Shown piece by piece: positions 27,468 to 37,981 of a stretch of DNA of 64,000 nt. Positions within the stretch are counted from its first letter, which is position 1; each line of letters begins with the position of its first letter. The notes below the pieces were generated by a model that was not told the DNA's origin, did not search any database, and worked only from the letters and a program-made list of their open reading frames with translations. Where the stretch lies: the NCBI GenBank assembly GCA_963422395.1, contig OY729431.1, positions 128,001 to 192,000 on the forward strand, written 5' to 3'. The position numbers and the translations under genes are program-made. Source of the stretch: Vicinamibacteria bacterium (GTDB lineage Bacteria; Acidobacteriota; Vicinamibacteria; Marinacidobacterales; Marinacidobacteraceae).

Positions 27468-28540
27468 TCATTCCCCACATCCTCACCGATCTCGGCGAGC
27501 AGGTTCCGATCCAGGTCGAATTCGTAGATGCAATCCGAGGTGGCCACCGCCAGTACCCCGCCGGGGTGGAGCGCCACGCCCACGAGCGGAGGAGTGCTGA
27601 TGAGCCGGCGGGCGCCGGAGGGAGTGAACAGGAACATTCCGGCGTCGCCTACCAGGCCCTCAGCGACGAAACAGCGGTCCTGATCGTCGAAGGCGATTCC
27701 TTGCGGCCGACCGAAGCCGGTGTGGACGCGGCACGGCGCTCCGTCGGGGCGGAACTCGACGATCTGGTCGCGGGAGGAGAGCGTCGGCCCGGAGACGAAG
27801 AGCGATCCGCTCGAGTGGAACGCCAAGTGGTATGCCGAAACCGAGGGGCGCAGCCGGGAGAAAACGCTCACCTCACCTTCGCGATCCACCCGATAGAGAG
27901 TGCCTTCGCGGTCGCCGATCACCAGATCCCCGGTCGGCGAAAATCCGATGCCGGTCGCGCAGCCGAGTTTCTCGGCGAGGACATGGAAGTGGCCGTCGTC
28001 CGACAGCCGATAGACACAGCCGTCCTCCCGGGAGGAGACATAGAGCGTGTCGTCGGGTCCCCAGGCGAGGCCGGTCGGGTTCACGATTCCGTCTCCCATC
28101 GGCTCCGGGTCGGCGTCGTCGGTCAGCCGGTAGATCGGGTGCGGCACCTTCTCGCCACGGCGGCCGCTGACCGTGGAATACAGGTTGCCCGTGGTGTCGT
28201 ACACCGGATTTCCCACGATGTGGAGGTCCTCGGCGAAGAACCTCCCGATGCACACCGGATGGGGCTCCGTCTCCCGGTCGTTGAGGCAGACCCGGACTTC
28301 GGTCCCCGCCCGTTCAGGAACGCGCACTCCGAGCCGGGTGGAGGAAACCCGGTACAGGTGGGCTTGCTCGTCACCGAAGAACACCCGAAGGCGCGCCGCG
28401 TGGTCCACTGCGAAACCCCGGCCCGAGATGTCCACCCGGCCTCCGGGGATCGCGTGTTGCGGCCAGACGCGCTCGACCGCGAGCCGAGGCCGGCTCGAGC
28501 GCCGGGGGCGCCGCACGGGGGGGCGAGCGCGGAACGACAT
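27443..28540 (-). CDS. IPT/TIG plus beta-propeller (SMP-30/gluconolactonase-like) protein
   Basis: N-terminal PGGRVDISGRGF; repeats NPTGLAWGPD, ATGIGFSPTG, RPQGIAFDD. Confidence 0.75.
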   Translation of the reverse strand: MSFRARPPVRRPRRSSRPRLAVERVWPQHAIPGGRVDISGRGFAVDHAARLRVFFGDEQAHLYRVSSTRLGVRVPERAGTEVRVCLNDRETEPHPVCIGRFFAEDLHIVGNPVYDTTGNLYSTVSGRRGEKVPHPIYRLTDDADPEPMGDGIVNPTGLAWGPDDTLYVSSREDGCVYRLSDDGHFHVLAEKLGCATGIGFSPTGDLVIGDREGTLYRVDREGEVSVFSRLRPSVSAYHLAFHSSGSLFVSGPTLSSRDQIVEFRPDGAPCRVHTGFGRPQGIAFDDQDRCFVAEGLVGDAGMFLFTPSGARRLISTPPLVGVALHPGGVLAVATSDCIYEFDLDRNLLAEIGEDVGNEWTVDTAP

Positions 28541-28726
28541 GACAGAACCGAGCAGGGTAGCACCGGGAAGCCGGGTGATCCGGCAGCTGGATCCAAACCG
28601 ATAGAGCGGGCCTGGGCAGAGGTCGAAAGCGAATCCGACGGAAAATTCGTCCTACGATGGGCGAGACACGGCACGGCTTCCGGCCCCGAGAGCCGCGAGT
28701 CTCGCCCGTGGCCTGAAGCACGACTT

Positions 28727-28889
28727 GTTGCGCCCGAGGCTGTGCTTCGGGCGCGGCACAGCGGGGGAAAGTGTGCAAGGAGGTTTCCCCCCGTTCACAG
28801 AATGGTGACTTCGAATCGGACTCGCTGCCGCCCCATCGTGGCCTGGCTGGGAACCGGGTTCGAGGAATGGGGCGGGCGGCAGGAGTGCG
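28727..28889. repeat. 163-bp structured direct repeat, copy 1
   Basis: Aligns by eye with 29637-29798; several hairpins. Confidence 0.85.
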
Positions 28890-28991
28890 ATTCGCGGCGC
28901 GGAGCGCCGGGCGGATCGGAAACGGGGTTTTCCGTTTCTTCCTACGGGAGTGCGAGGCGCAACCGGGAATCCCGCCCCGTTCCCGGTCCGC

Positions 28992-29537
28992 TCAGCTTTC
29001 GAGCAGTGCGGTGATCAGCCAGGCGGCGATCGGCTTGCCGAACGCACCCGCCGCCAACAGCAGAACGCCCACCGCTCCCCAGGCGAGCCGGCGGGTCCAC
29101 GAACTGCGCTCCCGCAGTGCGGCGAGGGAAACCGCCAGACCGCCGATGGCGTCCAAGAGGTGCTGAAACCTCTCATCGATTCCCTGGAACTTCTCCTCTG
29201 CCCATTTCCGGTCGGTCTCACGCGCCGCGGCCGCTTCCTGCCGGTCAGCCCGCGCCTCCTGCCGGATATCCCGAATCTCCCCGCGGATTTCCCGGATGCC
29301 TTCGCGGATCCCGGCCAGCTCCCGCAGCGCCGGGCCCTGCCCTCCTTCGAGTTCCCCGGGAGCAGCCTGCTCCGGAGGCCGGGCAGCTGCCTCTTCGGCA
29401 CTGCTCATCGGCGCCCTCCCTGCATCCCGGGAGCGAGTGTAGGGGTGGTCTGCCGGCTCCGCAACGACGCTCGCAGCGGTCGCTGCCGCGGTCAGGCGGG
29501 TTTGCTTCTCGGGGGATTGCTTCGGATTCGGGGGCAT
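28992..29537 (-). CDS. Orphan coiled-coil protein with C-terminal TM anchor
   Basis: Heptads GIREGIREIRGEIRDIR; hydrophobic C-terminus; SD-like AGGAG before 29537 (alternative start 29408). Confidence 0.65.
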   Translation of the reverse strand: MPPNPKQSPEKQTRLTAAATAASVVAEPADHPYTRSRDAGRAPMSSAEEAAARPPEQAAPGELEGGQGPALRELAGIREGIREIRGEIRDIRQEARADRQEAAAARETDRKWAEEKFQGIDERFQHLLDAIGGLAVSLAALRERSSWTRRLAWGAVGVLLLAAGAFGKPIAAWLITALLES

Positions 29538-29636
29538 GGGGATTCTCCTGGTTTTTCGGATGGAGGGGGTGTGCGGCGATTCGACGAGCGCCCCATTCCT
29601 GTAGACGGAATTTCGGTCGTTTTCTTCCCACTCGAG

Positions 29637-29798
29637 GTTGCGCCGGAGGCTGTGCTTCGGGCGCGCCGCAGCGGGGGAAAGTGCGAAAGGGGGGTTTCCC
29701 TTCGTTCACAGAACGGCGGCTTCGAATCGGACTGCTGCCGCCCGATCCAGCCTGACGCCGAACCGGGTTCGAGGAACGGGGAGAGCGGCAGGAGTGCG
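29637..29798. repeat. 163-bp structured direct repeat, copy 2
   Basis: 910 bp downstream of copy 1. Confidence 0.85.
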
Positions 29799-29832
29799 CG
29801 CGGCGCTCCCGGAGTTAGGATCGAAGCGGCAC

Positions 29833-30393
29833 ATGTCCCTCGAAGCTGACCCCGAACCCCCGCTTGGGGCCGTCTCTGCCCTGCGGCCCCAGGGCGCCGA
29901 CTGGCAGATTGCGGTCATCGGAGGGTCGGCGGCGCCGCCGGGCGTTCTCCGGGATGCCGAGACGGTGGGAGGCGAGCTGGCGCGGGCGGGGGCGCATCTC
30001 GTTTGCGGCGGGCTCTTCGGGGGCATGGAGGCGGCGTGCCGGGGGGCTGCCGCTGCCGGGGGGCTCACCATCGGCCTCCTGCCCGGGACCGATCGGTCGG
30101 CCGCCAACCCGCATGTCGCTTGCGCGATCCCCACCGGGCTCGGACACTTCCGCAACTTTCTCGTGGTGCAGGCAGCGGATGGAGTGATCGCTTTCCCCGG
30201 TGCGAGCGGCACCCTTTCGGAAGCGGCGATGGCGAAAACTCTCGGAAAACCTGTGGTGACGCTCTTCCCCGACGGTTCGCTCGTCCGTCCGCCCCTCGGT
30301 TTGGAAGCCGTCGCCTGGACCGTCACCGGCGCCCTCACCGCACGGTCGCCCGCGGAGGCGGTCCGTCTGGTGCTCGCTGCGGCGCGCCGGTGA
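29833..30393 (+). CDS. LOG/TIGR00725-family Rossmann protein
   Basis: IAVIGG, CGGLFGGMEAACRGA, TGLGHFRN, GTLSE. Confidence 0.85.
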   Translation: MSLEADPEPPLGAVSALRPQGADWQIAVIGGSAAPPGVLRDAETVGGELARAGAHLVCGGLFGGMEAACRGAAAAGGLTIGLLPGTDRSAANPHVACAIPTGLGHFRNFLVVQAADGVIAFPGASGTLSEAAMAKTLGKPVVTLFPDGSLVRPPLGLEAVAWTVTGALTARSPAEAVRLVLAAARR

Positions 30394-33300
30394 GCGACGC
30401 ATTCCCCTCGGGGGCCGAAGCCCCTGGCTTCGAGGCGCTCCTCGGTGCAGTCCGCGAGCGCCGGGCCGCGCGCACCAAGGGGATCGGCCGCCTCGTCGGG
30501 CCCGCCCGGCTCGCGGTGGTGGCCGCCTGGGCGTTGGATTCCGACGGCCCGCTCGTCCTGCTCACCGCACGAGACGCCGATCTTCTCCCCGCCGCCGGGG
30601 ACCTCGAGGCGCTGCTCGGGGCCCTCCGCGAATCGCGCCCGGTGTTCCGGCTGCCAGGGCTGGCGGTGAACCCCTACGCCGGGGTGGCGCCCCACGACGA
30701 AGTGCTGGCGCTCCGGGCGCAGGCGCTCGCTGCCCTCGCCGCCGGGGGGAAGCCGGTGGTCGTCGCTTCGGCGGCCGGCGCGCTCTGCCGCACCGCAGCA
30801 CCCGAACGCCTGCTCGAAGCGGGCATCTGCATCCGGCGGGGCGCCGCAGCGCCCCCGCTCCGCCTCGCCGAGCGGCTCACCGCTGCTGGATACCGTTACC
30901 AGGATCCGGTGAGTTCTCCGGGAGATTTCGCTCGGCGCGGCGGGATCCTCGATCTCTTTCCGGTGGACCGCGGGCTCCCGCTCCGGGTCGAAGTCGCCTT
31001 CGAGGAGATCGAGGCGATTCGGGAGTTCGAGGTGGAGACGCAGCGCAGCGGCGACCATCTCGCCCGTCCGGAAGAAGTCTTCGTTCCGCCTTCCTGGGAA
31101 TGGATCGGCGGCGGCGCCGCCGTCGCTGCCGGAGACGGAGCGCATCCGGCGTTCCGGCTGCCGGGAACTTCTGGCTTCGCCGGCAGCCTCCTCGACTACC
31201 TCGCGGGTGCCGCGCTCTTCCTCGAGGAGCCGGACCCGTTCCGCGAGGCGGCCGAAGCGGAGATCGCCCGCATCGCAGACAGCCGGATCGCCGCCACCGG
31301 GCACCCCTCCGGGGGTTCCCGCGGGCGAGAGGCTGCCGAGCCCGAGGCCCTCCTCCTCGGCCTGGACGAACTTCTCGCCCGGCTGGAGCCGCTGCCGCCC
31401 GTCGGAGCGCTGGAGCTCCGGGAGCTGGAAACCGGCGCGCGCGGGGATCTCCCGGCCCGTCCGGCGGGCTCCTTCCGGAATCGGATCGGCGAGTTTCTGA
31501 CGACCGTCACCCAGCCGGGGAAACCGAACCGCGCGGTGCATGTCTTCGTGCCGGGCGCTGGTGCGGCGGACCGCTTCGGGGTGCGGATGCGGGAAGCCGG
31601 AGCGCGGGTCCCGGCGGAACCGCCGGCCGGTAACGCGAGCCCGGCGGCTGCCGAGGCGGCGGTGGACACCCGGGTGTCAGCGCCGAACCTCCAGCCCCCG
31701 CGGGTCTTCGTCCACCCGACGCGGCTCAGCGGCGGGTTCGAAATGCCCGAGCTGCGCCTGGAAGTGATCAGCGGCTCGGCGATGGTGGCGGCTCCTCCTC
31801 GCGCAACTCGCAGCCGAGCGCGGCGCGGCGCCTTTCTTTCGGATTTTCGCGATCTCGAACCGGGCGACCCGGTAGTCCACACCGACCACGGCGTGGGCCG
31901 CTTCGTGCGCATGACCCGGATCGGCGCCGGGAAGGGCGATTCGGGGGAGGACGCTCCCGAGCTCGTGGAGATCCACTATGCCGCGGGCGGGAAGCTCTAT
32001 CTTCCGGTGGAACGGCTCGATCTCATCGAGAAGTACGCGGCCGGCGCCGCCGGCCGGGCGCCGCCGCTCGACCGCCTCGGCGGGACGAGCTGGGTGCGCC
32101 GCCGAAAGCGGGTGGCGCGAGCGCTCCGCGACATCGCCGCCGAGCTGATCCGCCTCTACGCCGAGCGGCGCCGCGCCCCCGGCTACGCGTTCTCCCGCAA
32201 CCCCCCGGGAATGGACGAATTCGAGGACGGCTTCGAATGGGTAGAGACCGACGATCAGGCGAGGGCGATCCGGGATGTGTTCGCCGACATGGAATCCGAC
32301 GCGCCGATGGACCGGCTGCTGGCTGGGGATGTGGGGTTCGGGAAGACGGAAGTCGCGCTCCGCGCTTCGTTCAAGGCAGCGATGGAAGGCAAGCAAGTCG
32401 CCATCCTGGTCCCCACCACCGTCCTCGCCGCCCAGCACGCCCGTGTCTTCGAACAGCGCTTCGAGCCCTTTCCGATCCGGGTCGAGATGCTCTCCCGGTT
32501 CCGCACCCCGAAGCAGCAGCGCCAGATCGTCGCCGGACTCCGGGATGGCTCCGTGGACATCGTGATCGGAACCCACCGGCTGCTTTCGCAGGATGTGGAT
32601 TTCCGGGATCTCGGGCTGTTGATCGTGGACGAGGAGCAGCGATTCGGTGTTTCCGCCAAGGAACGGCTGAAGCGCATCGCAACGCGGGTGGACCACCTGG
32701 CGATGACCGCCACCCCGATTCCCCGCACGCTGAACATGTCGCTCTCCGGCATCCGCGACCTGTCGGTGATCGAGACCGCGCCGCGGGATCGGATGGCTAT
32801 CCAGACCCATGTGCTGCCGTTCGATCCGGAGCGGATCGCTGAGGCCATCCGCCACGAGCTCTCCCGCGAGGGGCAGGTGTACTTCGTCCACAACCGGGTG
32901 CGCTCGCTCGAAGCGATGGAACGCCTCCTCGGGCGGATCGTGCCGGAGGCGCGGGTGCTCACCGCTCATGGGCAGATGCGGGAAGCCGCACTCGAGCGGA
33001 CTCTGGTGGGGTTCCAAGCAGAAGACGCTGACATCCTGCTCACCACCACGATCATCGAGAATGGGCTGGACCTGCCCCGGGTCAACACTCTCATCGTGAA
33101 CCGGGCGGACGCTTTCGGGCTCTCCCAGCTGTATCAGATCCGGGGCCGGGTGGGCCGCTCTTCGCGGCGCGCGTATGCGTATCTGCTCGTGCCGCCGGGA
33201 GTGCCGCTCTCGAAAACCCGTGGGGCGCGCCTTTCGGCGCTGCGAGAGTTCAGCGAACTGGGCGCCGGGTTCCGGGTGGCGGCGCTCGACATGGAGCTGC

Positions 33301-33860
33301 GGGGCGCGGGCAACCTGCTCGGTGCGCAGCAGCACGGACACCTGGAGGCGGTAGGGTTCGACCTCTACTACCGGCTCCTCGAGGAGGCGGTCGCCGAGGC
33401 CCGGGGCGAGGCGCCGAGATCTCGATGCTCGATGAACCTGCGCTTCCAGATCCGCGTTCCCCGGGTCTATCTGGACGATGTGCGGCGCCGGATGTGGTTC
33501 TACAAGCGCTGCTCCGCGATCTCCGACCCGGAGGCCCTCGATCGGTTCGCTGCGGAAGTGCGCGACCGATTCGGCCCCCCACCGTCGGAAGTCGAGATGT
33601 TCTTCGAACATGTGCGGCTGCGGGCGCGCGCCGAGCGGCTCGGTTATCGGGCGGTGAGCCGCGAAGGCGGCACGCTCCGGTTCGAGTCCGGCGAGGGCGA
33701 CCCGGAGGATCGCGGCTTTCGGGTCTCGCTGCCCGCGGGGGCGGGGCCGTCGGAGGTTCTGGAATCGCTCTCGATGGCACTTTCGACAGTCGAGGCGGCC
33801 GGGCTCGGTCGGAAGGGCGCAACCGGCGGGGTCGCGCCAGCTGGGAATCCCGGCCCGTGA
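30390..33860 (+). CDS. mfd: Transcription-repair coupling factor
   Basis: RRGGILDLF, CarD-like PVVHTDHGVG, GDVGFGKTEVA, DEEQRFG, QIRGRVGR, TRCF C-terminus. Confidence 0.96.
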   Translation: MSDAFPSGAEAPGFEALLGAVRERRAARTKGIGRLVGPARLAVVAAWALDSDGPLVLLTARDADLLPAAGDLEALLGALRESRPVFRLPGLAVNPYAGVAPHDEVLALRAQALAALAAGGKPVVVASAAGALCRTAAPERLLEAGICIRRGAAAPPLRLAERLTAAGYRYQDPVSSPGDFARRGGILDLFPVDRGLPLRVEVAFEEIEAIREFEVETQRSGDHLARPEEVFVPPSWEWIGGGAAVAAGDGAHPAFRLPGTSGFAGSLLDYLAGAALFLEEPDPFREAAEAEIARIADSRIAATGHPSGGSRGREAAEPEALLLGLDELLARLEPLPPVGALELRELETGARGDLPARPAGSFRNRIGEFLTTVTQPGKPNRAVHVFVPGAGAADRFGVRMREAGARVPAEPPAGNASPAAAEAAVDTRVSAPNLQPPRVFVHPTRLSGGFEMPELRLEVISGSAMVAAPPRATRSRARRGAFLSDFRDLEPGDPVVHTDHGVGRFVRMTRIGAGKGDSGEDAPELVEIHYAAGGKLYLPVERLDLIEKYAAGAAGRAPPLDRLGGTSWVRRRKRVARALRDIAAELIRLYAERRRAPGYAFSRNPPGMDEFEDGFEWVETDDQARAIRDVFADMESDAPMDRLLAGDVGFGKTEVALRASFKAAMEGKQVAILVPTTVLAAQHARVFEQRFEPFPIRVEMLSRFRTPKQQRQIVAGLRDGSVDIVIGTHRLLSQDVDFRDLGLLIVDEEQRFGVSAKERLKRIATRVDHLAMTATPIPRTLNMSLSGIRDLSVIETAPRDRMAIQTHVLPFDPERIAEAIRHELSREGQVYFVHNRVRSLEAMERLLGRIVPEARVLTAHGQMREAALERTLVGFQAEDADILLTTTIIENGLDLPRVNTLIVNRADAFGLSQLYQIRGRVGRSSRRAYAYLLVPPGVPLSKTRGARLSALREFSELGAGFRVAALDMELRGAGNLLGAQQHGHLEAVGFDLYYRLLEEAVAEARGEAPRSRCSMNLRFQIRVPRVYLDDVRRRMWFYKRCSAISDPEALDRFAAEVRDRFGPPPSEVEMFFEHVRLRARAERLGYRAVSREGGTLRFESGEGDPEDRGFRVSLPAGAGPSEVLESLSMALSTVEAAGLGRKGATGGVAPAGNPGP

Positions 33861-34828
33861 CCGCCTGCTTCCTTCGGGTGCCCGGGCGCATCCCCGGTGC
33901 CGCCTTCCTCCTGGCAGTCGGTGCCGCAGGCTGCGGAGGATTCGGCGGGAGCCCTCCGCCTCCGGTGATCACGGTCGGCGAGCGGGGATTCACCCACGAG
34001 GAATTCGACCGCTTCGTGGACGCCCGCACCGCGCTCGTCTCGTCCTTCGACGCCGCAGTGTTGAGTGCTCTGCTCGACGAGTTCGCGCGGGAACGACTTC
34101 TCCTCCTCGCCGCGGACGAAGCCGGCATCGAGATTCCCGAGACGCAGCTCCTCGCCGAAATCGGAGCCTTGAACCGCGGCCCGCGCCCCGACGCGGTGCG
34201 CTCCGAGAGCCGGGACTCGCCGGAACCGCTGGGGTCTTTCGGCGAAGCGGGGGGGGACACCGATCGGTTACGCGCCGAAGTCGAAAACCGGCTGCGGGTG
34301 AACCGGCTCCTCGAGACGGTGGTGCTCGGCGATCTCGAAGCGCCCCAAGCGGTCGCGCTCTTCGAGTTCGAGACGAACCGCGCCTTCTATGCCCGCCCCG
34401 ACATGGTCACTCTCTCCGAGGCCCGGTTCCCGGACCGCGAAAGTGCCGAAGCGGGCGTCAGGCGGCTCGCGGATGCGGGCTCTGAAAACGGCGCGGACGA
34501 CGAGCCCGACCGCTTTCGCCGCGTCGGGTCTTTCCGCCGGGGAGAGCTTCCCGAAGCGATGGAACGGGCGGTGTTCGGCCTCGAACCCGGACGAACGACG
34601 GGGGTTCTCGAGACGGCAGCCGGGTTCCGCATCTTCCGGATCGAAGAGCGCCTTCCGGCGGCGACGCTGGACTTCGAGGAAGTCGAAGATGTGGTCCGGC
34701 AAAGTGTGTTGCGGAAGGAGGCCGACGCCCGGCTCGAGGTCTTCCTGGCCGGGCTGCGCGACCGCTTTCCGGTGACGGTCCATGCGGACCGCCTTCGCTT
34801 CCCCTATGTGGGCCTGCTCCGCGAGTGA
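33857..34828 (+). CDS. Parvulin-type PPIase/foldase lipoprotein (SurA/PrsA-like)
   Basis: AAGC lipobox, SurA-N-like helices, degenerate rotamase domain; follows mfd. Confidence 0.7.
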   Translation: MTACFLRVPGRIPGAAFLLAVGAAGCGGFGGSPPPPVITVGERGFTHEEFDRFVDARTALVSSFDAAVLSALLDEFARERLLLLAADEAGIEIPETQLLAEIGALNRGPRPDAVRSESRDSPEPLGSFGEAGGDTDRLRAEVENRLRVNRLLETVVLGDLEAPQAVALFEFETNRAFYARPDMVTLSEARFPDRESAEAGVRRLADAGSENGADDEPDRFRRVGSFRRGELPEAMERAVFGLEPGRTTGVLETAAGFRIFRIEERLPAATLDFEEVEDVVRQSVLRKEADARLEVFLAGLRDRFPVTVHADRLRFPYVGLLRE

Positions 34829-34919
34829 CCGAAACCGCCTTCGCGCCGCGCGACCATGCTTCGAAACCCTCCCCGATGCCGGATTAGAATCCGGTTCCCC
34901 TGGAGGAGCTCTTCTGCTC

Positions 34920-35924
34920 ATGCGGTTCGTCTTCCGCCCCCTGCCGCTCGCTTCGCTGTGCTGCGCTCTCGCTGCGGTCCTTCCGGCACAGGAAGCAGGG
35001 CAGCCCGTAGAGATGCTGGACCGGGTGGCGGCTCTGGTGAACGGAGACATGATCCCCCTGAGCGAGCTGGATCGGCAGGTCGTCATCCAGGCAGAGCGGC
35101 TCGGTGTCCCCGACGACCCTGAAGTCCAGGCGAACCTCCGCCGCCAGGTCCTCGCCGGAATGGTGGACAACGCCCTGATCCTGCAAGTCGCCGCGCAGCG
35201 CGGGCTGCGGGTTCCAGACCGTTACTTCGAGGAGTGGAAGGAACAGACGATCCAGGAAATGAATCTGCCGAACGAGGAGGAATTCATCCGGCAGGTAGAG
35301 CTGCAGGGCACGACGATCGAGGAACTCAAGAAACAGTTCCTCGAAGGGGTGCTGATCCAGGAGATTCGCCGCCAGGACATCGAGGAGCGAGTCCGGATCA
35401 GCGAGCCCGAGATCGAGCAGCGCTATCGCGAGAATGTGGATGACTTCGTCCAGCCTCCGCAGGTGCGGCTTCGCGAGCTGGTCGTTCCCATCGGCGATGC
35501 CGGAGAGGCTGCCGCCCGTGCCCGGATCGGCGAAGCCCAGGCTCTCATCGCTTCCGGCAACGATTTCGGCGAAGTCGCCAGGGTGCGGTCCGAAACCGAT
35601 TCCGCCGAAGCCGGCGGCGATCTGGGGTTGTTCGAAGTGGGAGAACTCGACGAGACCTTCCGCGAAGTGGTGACCGGACTCGAGGTCGGACAGGTTTCGG
35701 AACCCCTCCGGATCGGCGACTCCTTCTATCTGCTGCAGCTGGACGCCCGCACCGAGGAATCCACGATCCCCCTCGACGAGGTGCGGAACCGGATCGCGGA
35801 GTCGCTCTACGCCGAGAAGATGGACGCCGAGATGGCGAACTTCGTCCGCAAGCTGCGGGAGAACGCCATCGTCGAGATCCGCCTCGACGAAGCGGATACT
35901 CCGGCTCCGCCGACCAGCCGGTAG
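34920..35924 (+). CDS. SurA-like peptidyl-prolyl isomerase
   Basis: DRVAALVNGDMIPLSE, SAEAGGDLG, GQVSEP. Confidence 0.88.
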   Translation: MRFVFRPLPLASLCCALAAVLPAQEAGQPVEMLDRVAALVNGDMIPLSELDRQVVIQAERLGVPDDPEVQANLRRQVLAGMVDNALILQVAAQRGLRVPDRYFEEWKEQTIQEMNLPNEEEFIRQVELQGTTIEELKKQFLEGVLIQEIRRQDIEERVRISEPEIEQRYRENVDDFVQPPQVRLRELVVPIGDAGEAAARARIGEAQALIASGNDFGEVARVRSETDSAEAGGDLGLFEVGELDETFREVVTGLEVGQVSEPLRIGDSFYLLQLDARTEESTIPLDEVRNRIAESLYAEKMDAEMANFVRKLRENAIVEIRLDEADTPAPPTSR

Positions 35925-35966
35925 CAGCCTTCCCGCTCTCGCTGCCGCGCTGCGGTGGGTCGGGGT

Positions 35967-37007
35967 TCAGCCGCCGCGGGTGTGCATTTCGAGATGAGGA
36001 TCCTGCCGGAGATCGATGGCGGCGAGCAGCGGAGTCCGTTCGGTGAGCGCGGCCCGCTCCTCGGCGCCCCGATCGGTCCGGCCGGCCCAGACGCGGGCGA
36101 TCAGCGCTTCCAGCTGCCCGGCGCTCGCGCCTCCCCGCAGCGGGGCGCGCAGGTCCAGCCCTTCGGCGGCGTAGAGACAGCGGAACCAGCGCCCGTCGGC
36201 GGTGATCCGGCTCCGGTCGCAGGCGGCGCAGAAGGGCTCGGTCACCGAAGCGATGACCCCGAAGGTCCGGCCGTCGGGGATGCGGAAGCGGCGGGCAGGC
36301 GCTGCCGGATCCTCGACCGGAAGCGGCTCGACGGGGCCGTAGCGACGGGCCATCGCCTCCCGGATAGCCGCCGCCGGGAGCACCAGATCCGGTTTCCAGC
36401 CGGTGGCACCGCCCACATCCATGTACTCGATGAAGCGGATTTCGGCATCCTGACTGCAGGCGAATTCGAAGAGCTGGCTCAGTTCGTCGTCGTTGACCCC
36501 CCTCATGGCGACGGTGTCCAGTTTCAGCGGGAAGAGTCCCGCGGCGCGGGCGGCGGCGATCCCCTCCCGAACCGTTTCGAGCCCCGCTCGGCGGGTGAGC
36601 GTCCGGAAGCGGTCCGGGCGGAGGGTGTCCAGGCTCACCGTGATCCGTTGCAGTCCGGCAGCCCGCAGGGCCTCCGCCTGCCCCGCGAGCAGCACGCCGT
36701 TGGTTGTGAGCGCGAGGTCCCGGATGCCCGGGACCGCGGCCAGCAGTCGCACGAGTTCGGGCAGGCGCCGCCGGATCAGGGGTTCGCCGCCGGTGATCCG
36801 GAGCTTCTCCACTCCGAGCGCCGCGAAACGCCCCGCCAGAAAGGCGATTTCGTCGAAGGTGAGCAGGTCCTTGCGGGGCAGCCACACATATTCCTCTTCC
36901 GGCATGCAGTACTGGCAGCGGAGATTGCAGCGGTCGGTGACCGAGAGCCGCAGGCTGCCGAGCGGCCGGCCGAAGCGATCGCGGGCTGGCCGGCGGGAGA
37001 TGGGCAC
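35967..37007 (-). CDS. moaA: GTP 3',8-cyclase
   Basis: LRLSVTDRCNLRCQYCMP, TGGEP, PFCAACDRSR, C-terminal GG. Confidence 0.95.
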   Translation of the reverse strand: MPISRRPARDRFGRPLGSLRLSVTDRCNLRCQYCMPEEEYVWLPRKDLLTFDEIAFLAGRFAALGVEKLRITGGEPLIRRRLPELVRLLAAVPGIRDLALTTNGVLLAGQAEALRAAGLQRITVSLDTLRPDRFRTLTRRAGLETVREGIAAARAAGLFPLKLDTVAMRGVNDDELSQLFEFACSQDAEIRFIEYMDVGGATGWKPDLVLPAAAIREAMARRYGPVEPLPVEDPAAPARRFRIPDGRTFGVIASVTEPFCAACDRSRITADGRWFRCLYAAEGLDLRAPLRGGASAGQLEALIARVWAGRTDRGAEERAALTERTPLLAAIDLRQDPHLEMHTRGG

Positions 37008-37024
37008 GAAAGAGAGTGTGCGGG

Positions 37025-37840
37025 TCAATGCACCGCGAGCAGTTCCACCTCGAAGAGCAGCGTTGCGTAGGGCGGAATCGCGTTGCCGGCACCGGCGCTT
37101 CCGTACCCCAGGTCGTGGGGGATGACCAGACGGCGGCGGCCGCCGACCCGCATCCCCGTTATCCCGCGGTCCCATCCCGCGATGACGCTCCCGACGCCGA
37201 GCGTGAAGCGGAACGGCTCCTCGGCGGTGGTGGAATCGAAGATGCTCCCCTTGTTGTCCGGCTCGGTCAGCTCGTAGAGCCAGCCCCGGTAGGCGACCGA
37301 GAGCGTTTTCCCGTTCGCCGCCTCGTCGCCGTCGCCCAGTCGAAGATCGGTCGTTACGAACGGAACCTCGCCGCCCTCCAGCAGTTCGATCTCGAAGATC
37401 AGAGTCGAGCCGCCGGGCACCAGATTCGTCCCCTGAGGCCCGAAGCCGAGTTCGGGCGGAGTCACGATCTGCCGGCGGCCGCCGACCCGCATCCCCGCGA
37501 CCCCCCGATCCACCGCTGCGATCACCTGGCCCACTCCCAATCGAAACGAAAACGGCGCTTCGACCGGTGCCGAAGCGAACGCGCTTCCCTTGTTCTCCGG
37601 AGCTGCCGGATCGTACAGCCAGCCGGTATAGGAGATCGCCAGCAACCAGCCGTCCTCCACCAGGGCTCCGCTGCCTTCGCGCAGATCGGTGGTGCTGAAA
37701 GGCGTCGACGGACCTGGAGGCGCCGGCGGCGGGGTTGGGGTGGTCGGGGCGTTTCCGGACCCGCCGCATCCCCAAGCGGCGGCGAGCGAAGCCGCCAGAA
37801 GCGCTGCGGCCGGAGACCGCAGGGTGTCCAGAACCGACAT
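37025..37840 (-). CDS. Two-domain FKBP-type PPIase lipoprotein
   Basis: Two repeats containing GMRVGGRR and TL[IL]FE[IV]EL. Confidence 0.92.
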   Translation of the reverse strand: MSVLDTLRSPAAALLAASLAAAWGCGGSGNAPTTPTPPPAPPGPSTPFSTTDLREGSGALVEDGWLLAISYTGWLYDPAAPENKGSAFASAPVEAPFSFRLGVGQVIAAVDRGVAGMRVGGRRQIVTPPELGFGPQGTNLVPGGSTLIFEIELLEGGEVPFVTTDLRLGDGDEAANGKTLSVAYRGWLYELTEPDNKGSIFDSTTAEEPFRFTLGVGSVIAGWDRGITGMRVGGRRRLVIPHDLGYGSAGAGNAIPPYATLLFEVELLAVH

Positions 37841-37981
37841 GGGACCTACTGACCGCGGGATCGGGCTCCCGTGCTCGGCGAGCCCCGATACCAGCGGAAT
37901 CCCGCAGCGTACACCGAAGCCGATTCTCGTGGTTCGGGCCGATCGTCCGGAAGGGGGGAGATCGGCCGGGGCGAAGAAGGT

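Noticed and set aside
28727-28889. 163-bp repeat as a cobalamin or c-di-GMP riboswitch, or 6S RNA
   Set aside because: Could not match the conserved cores by eye; left unassigned pending an Rfam search
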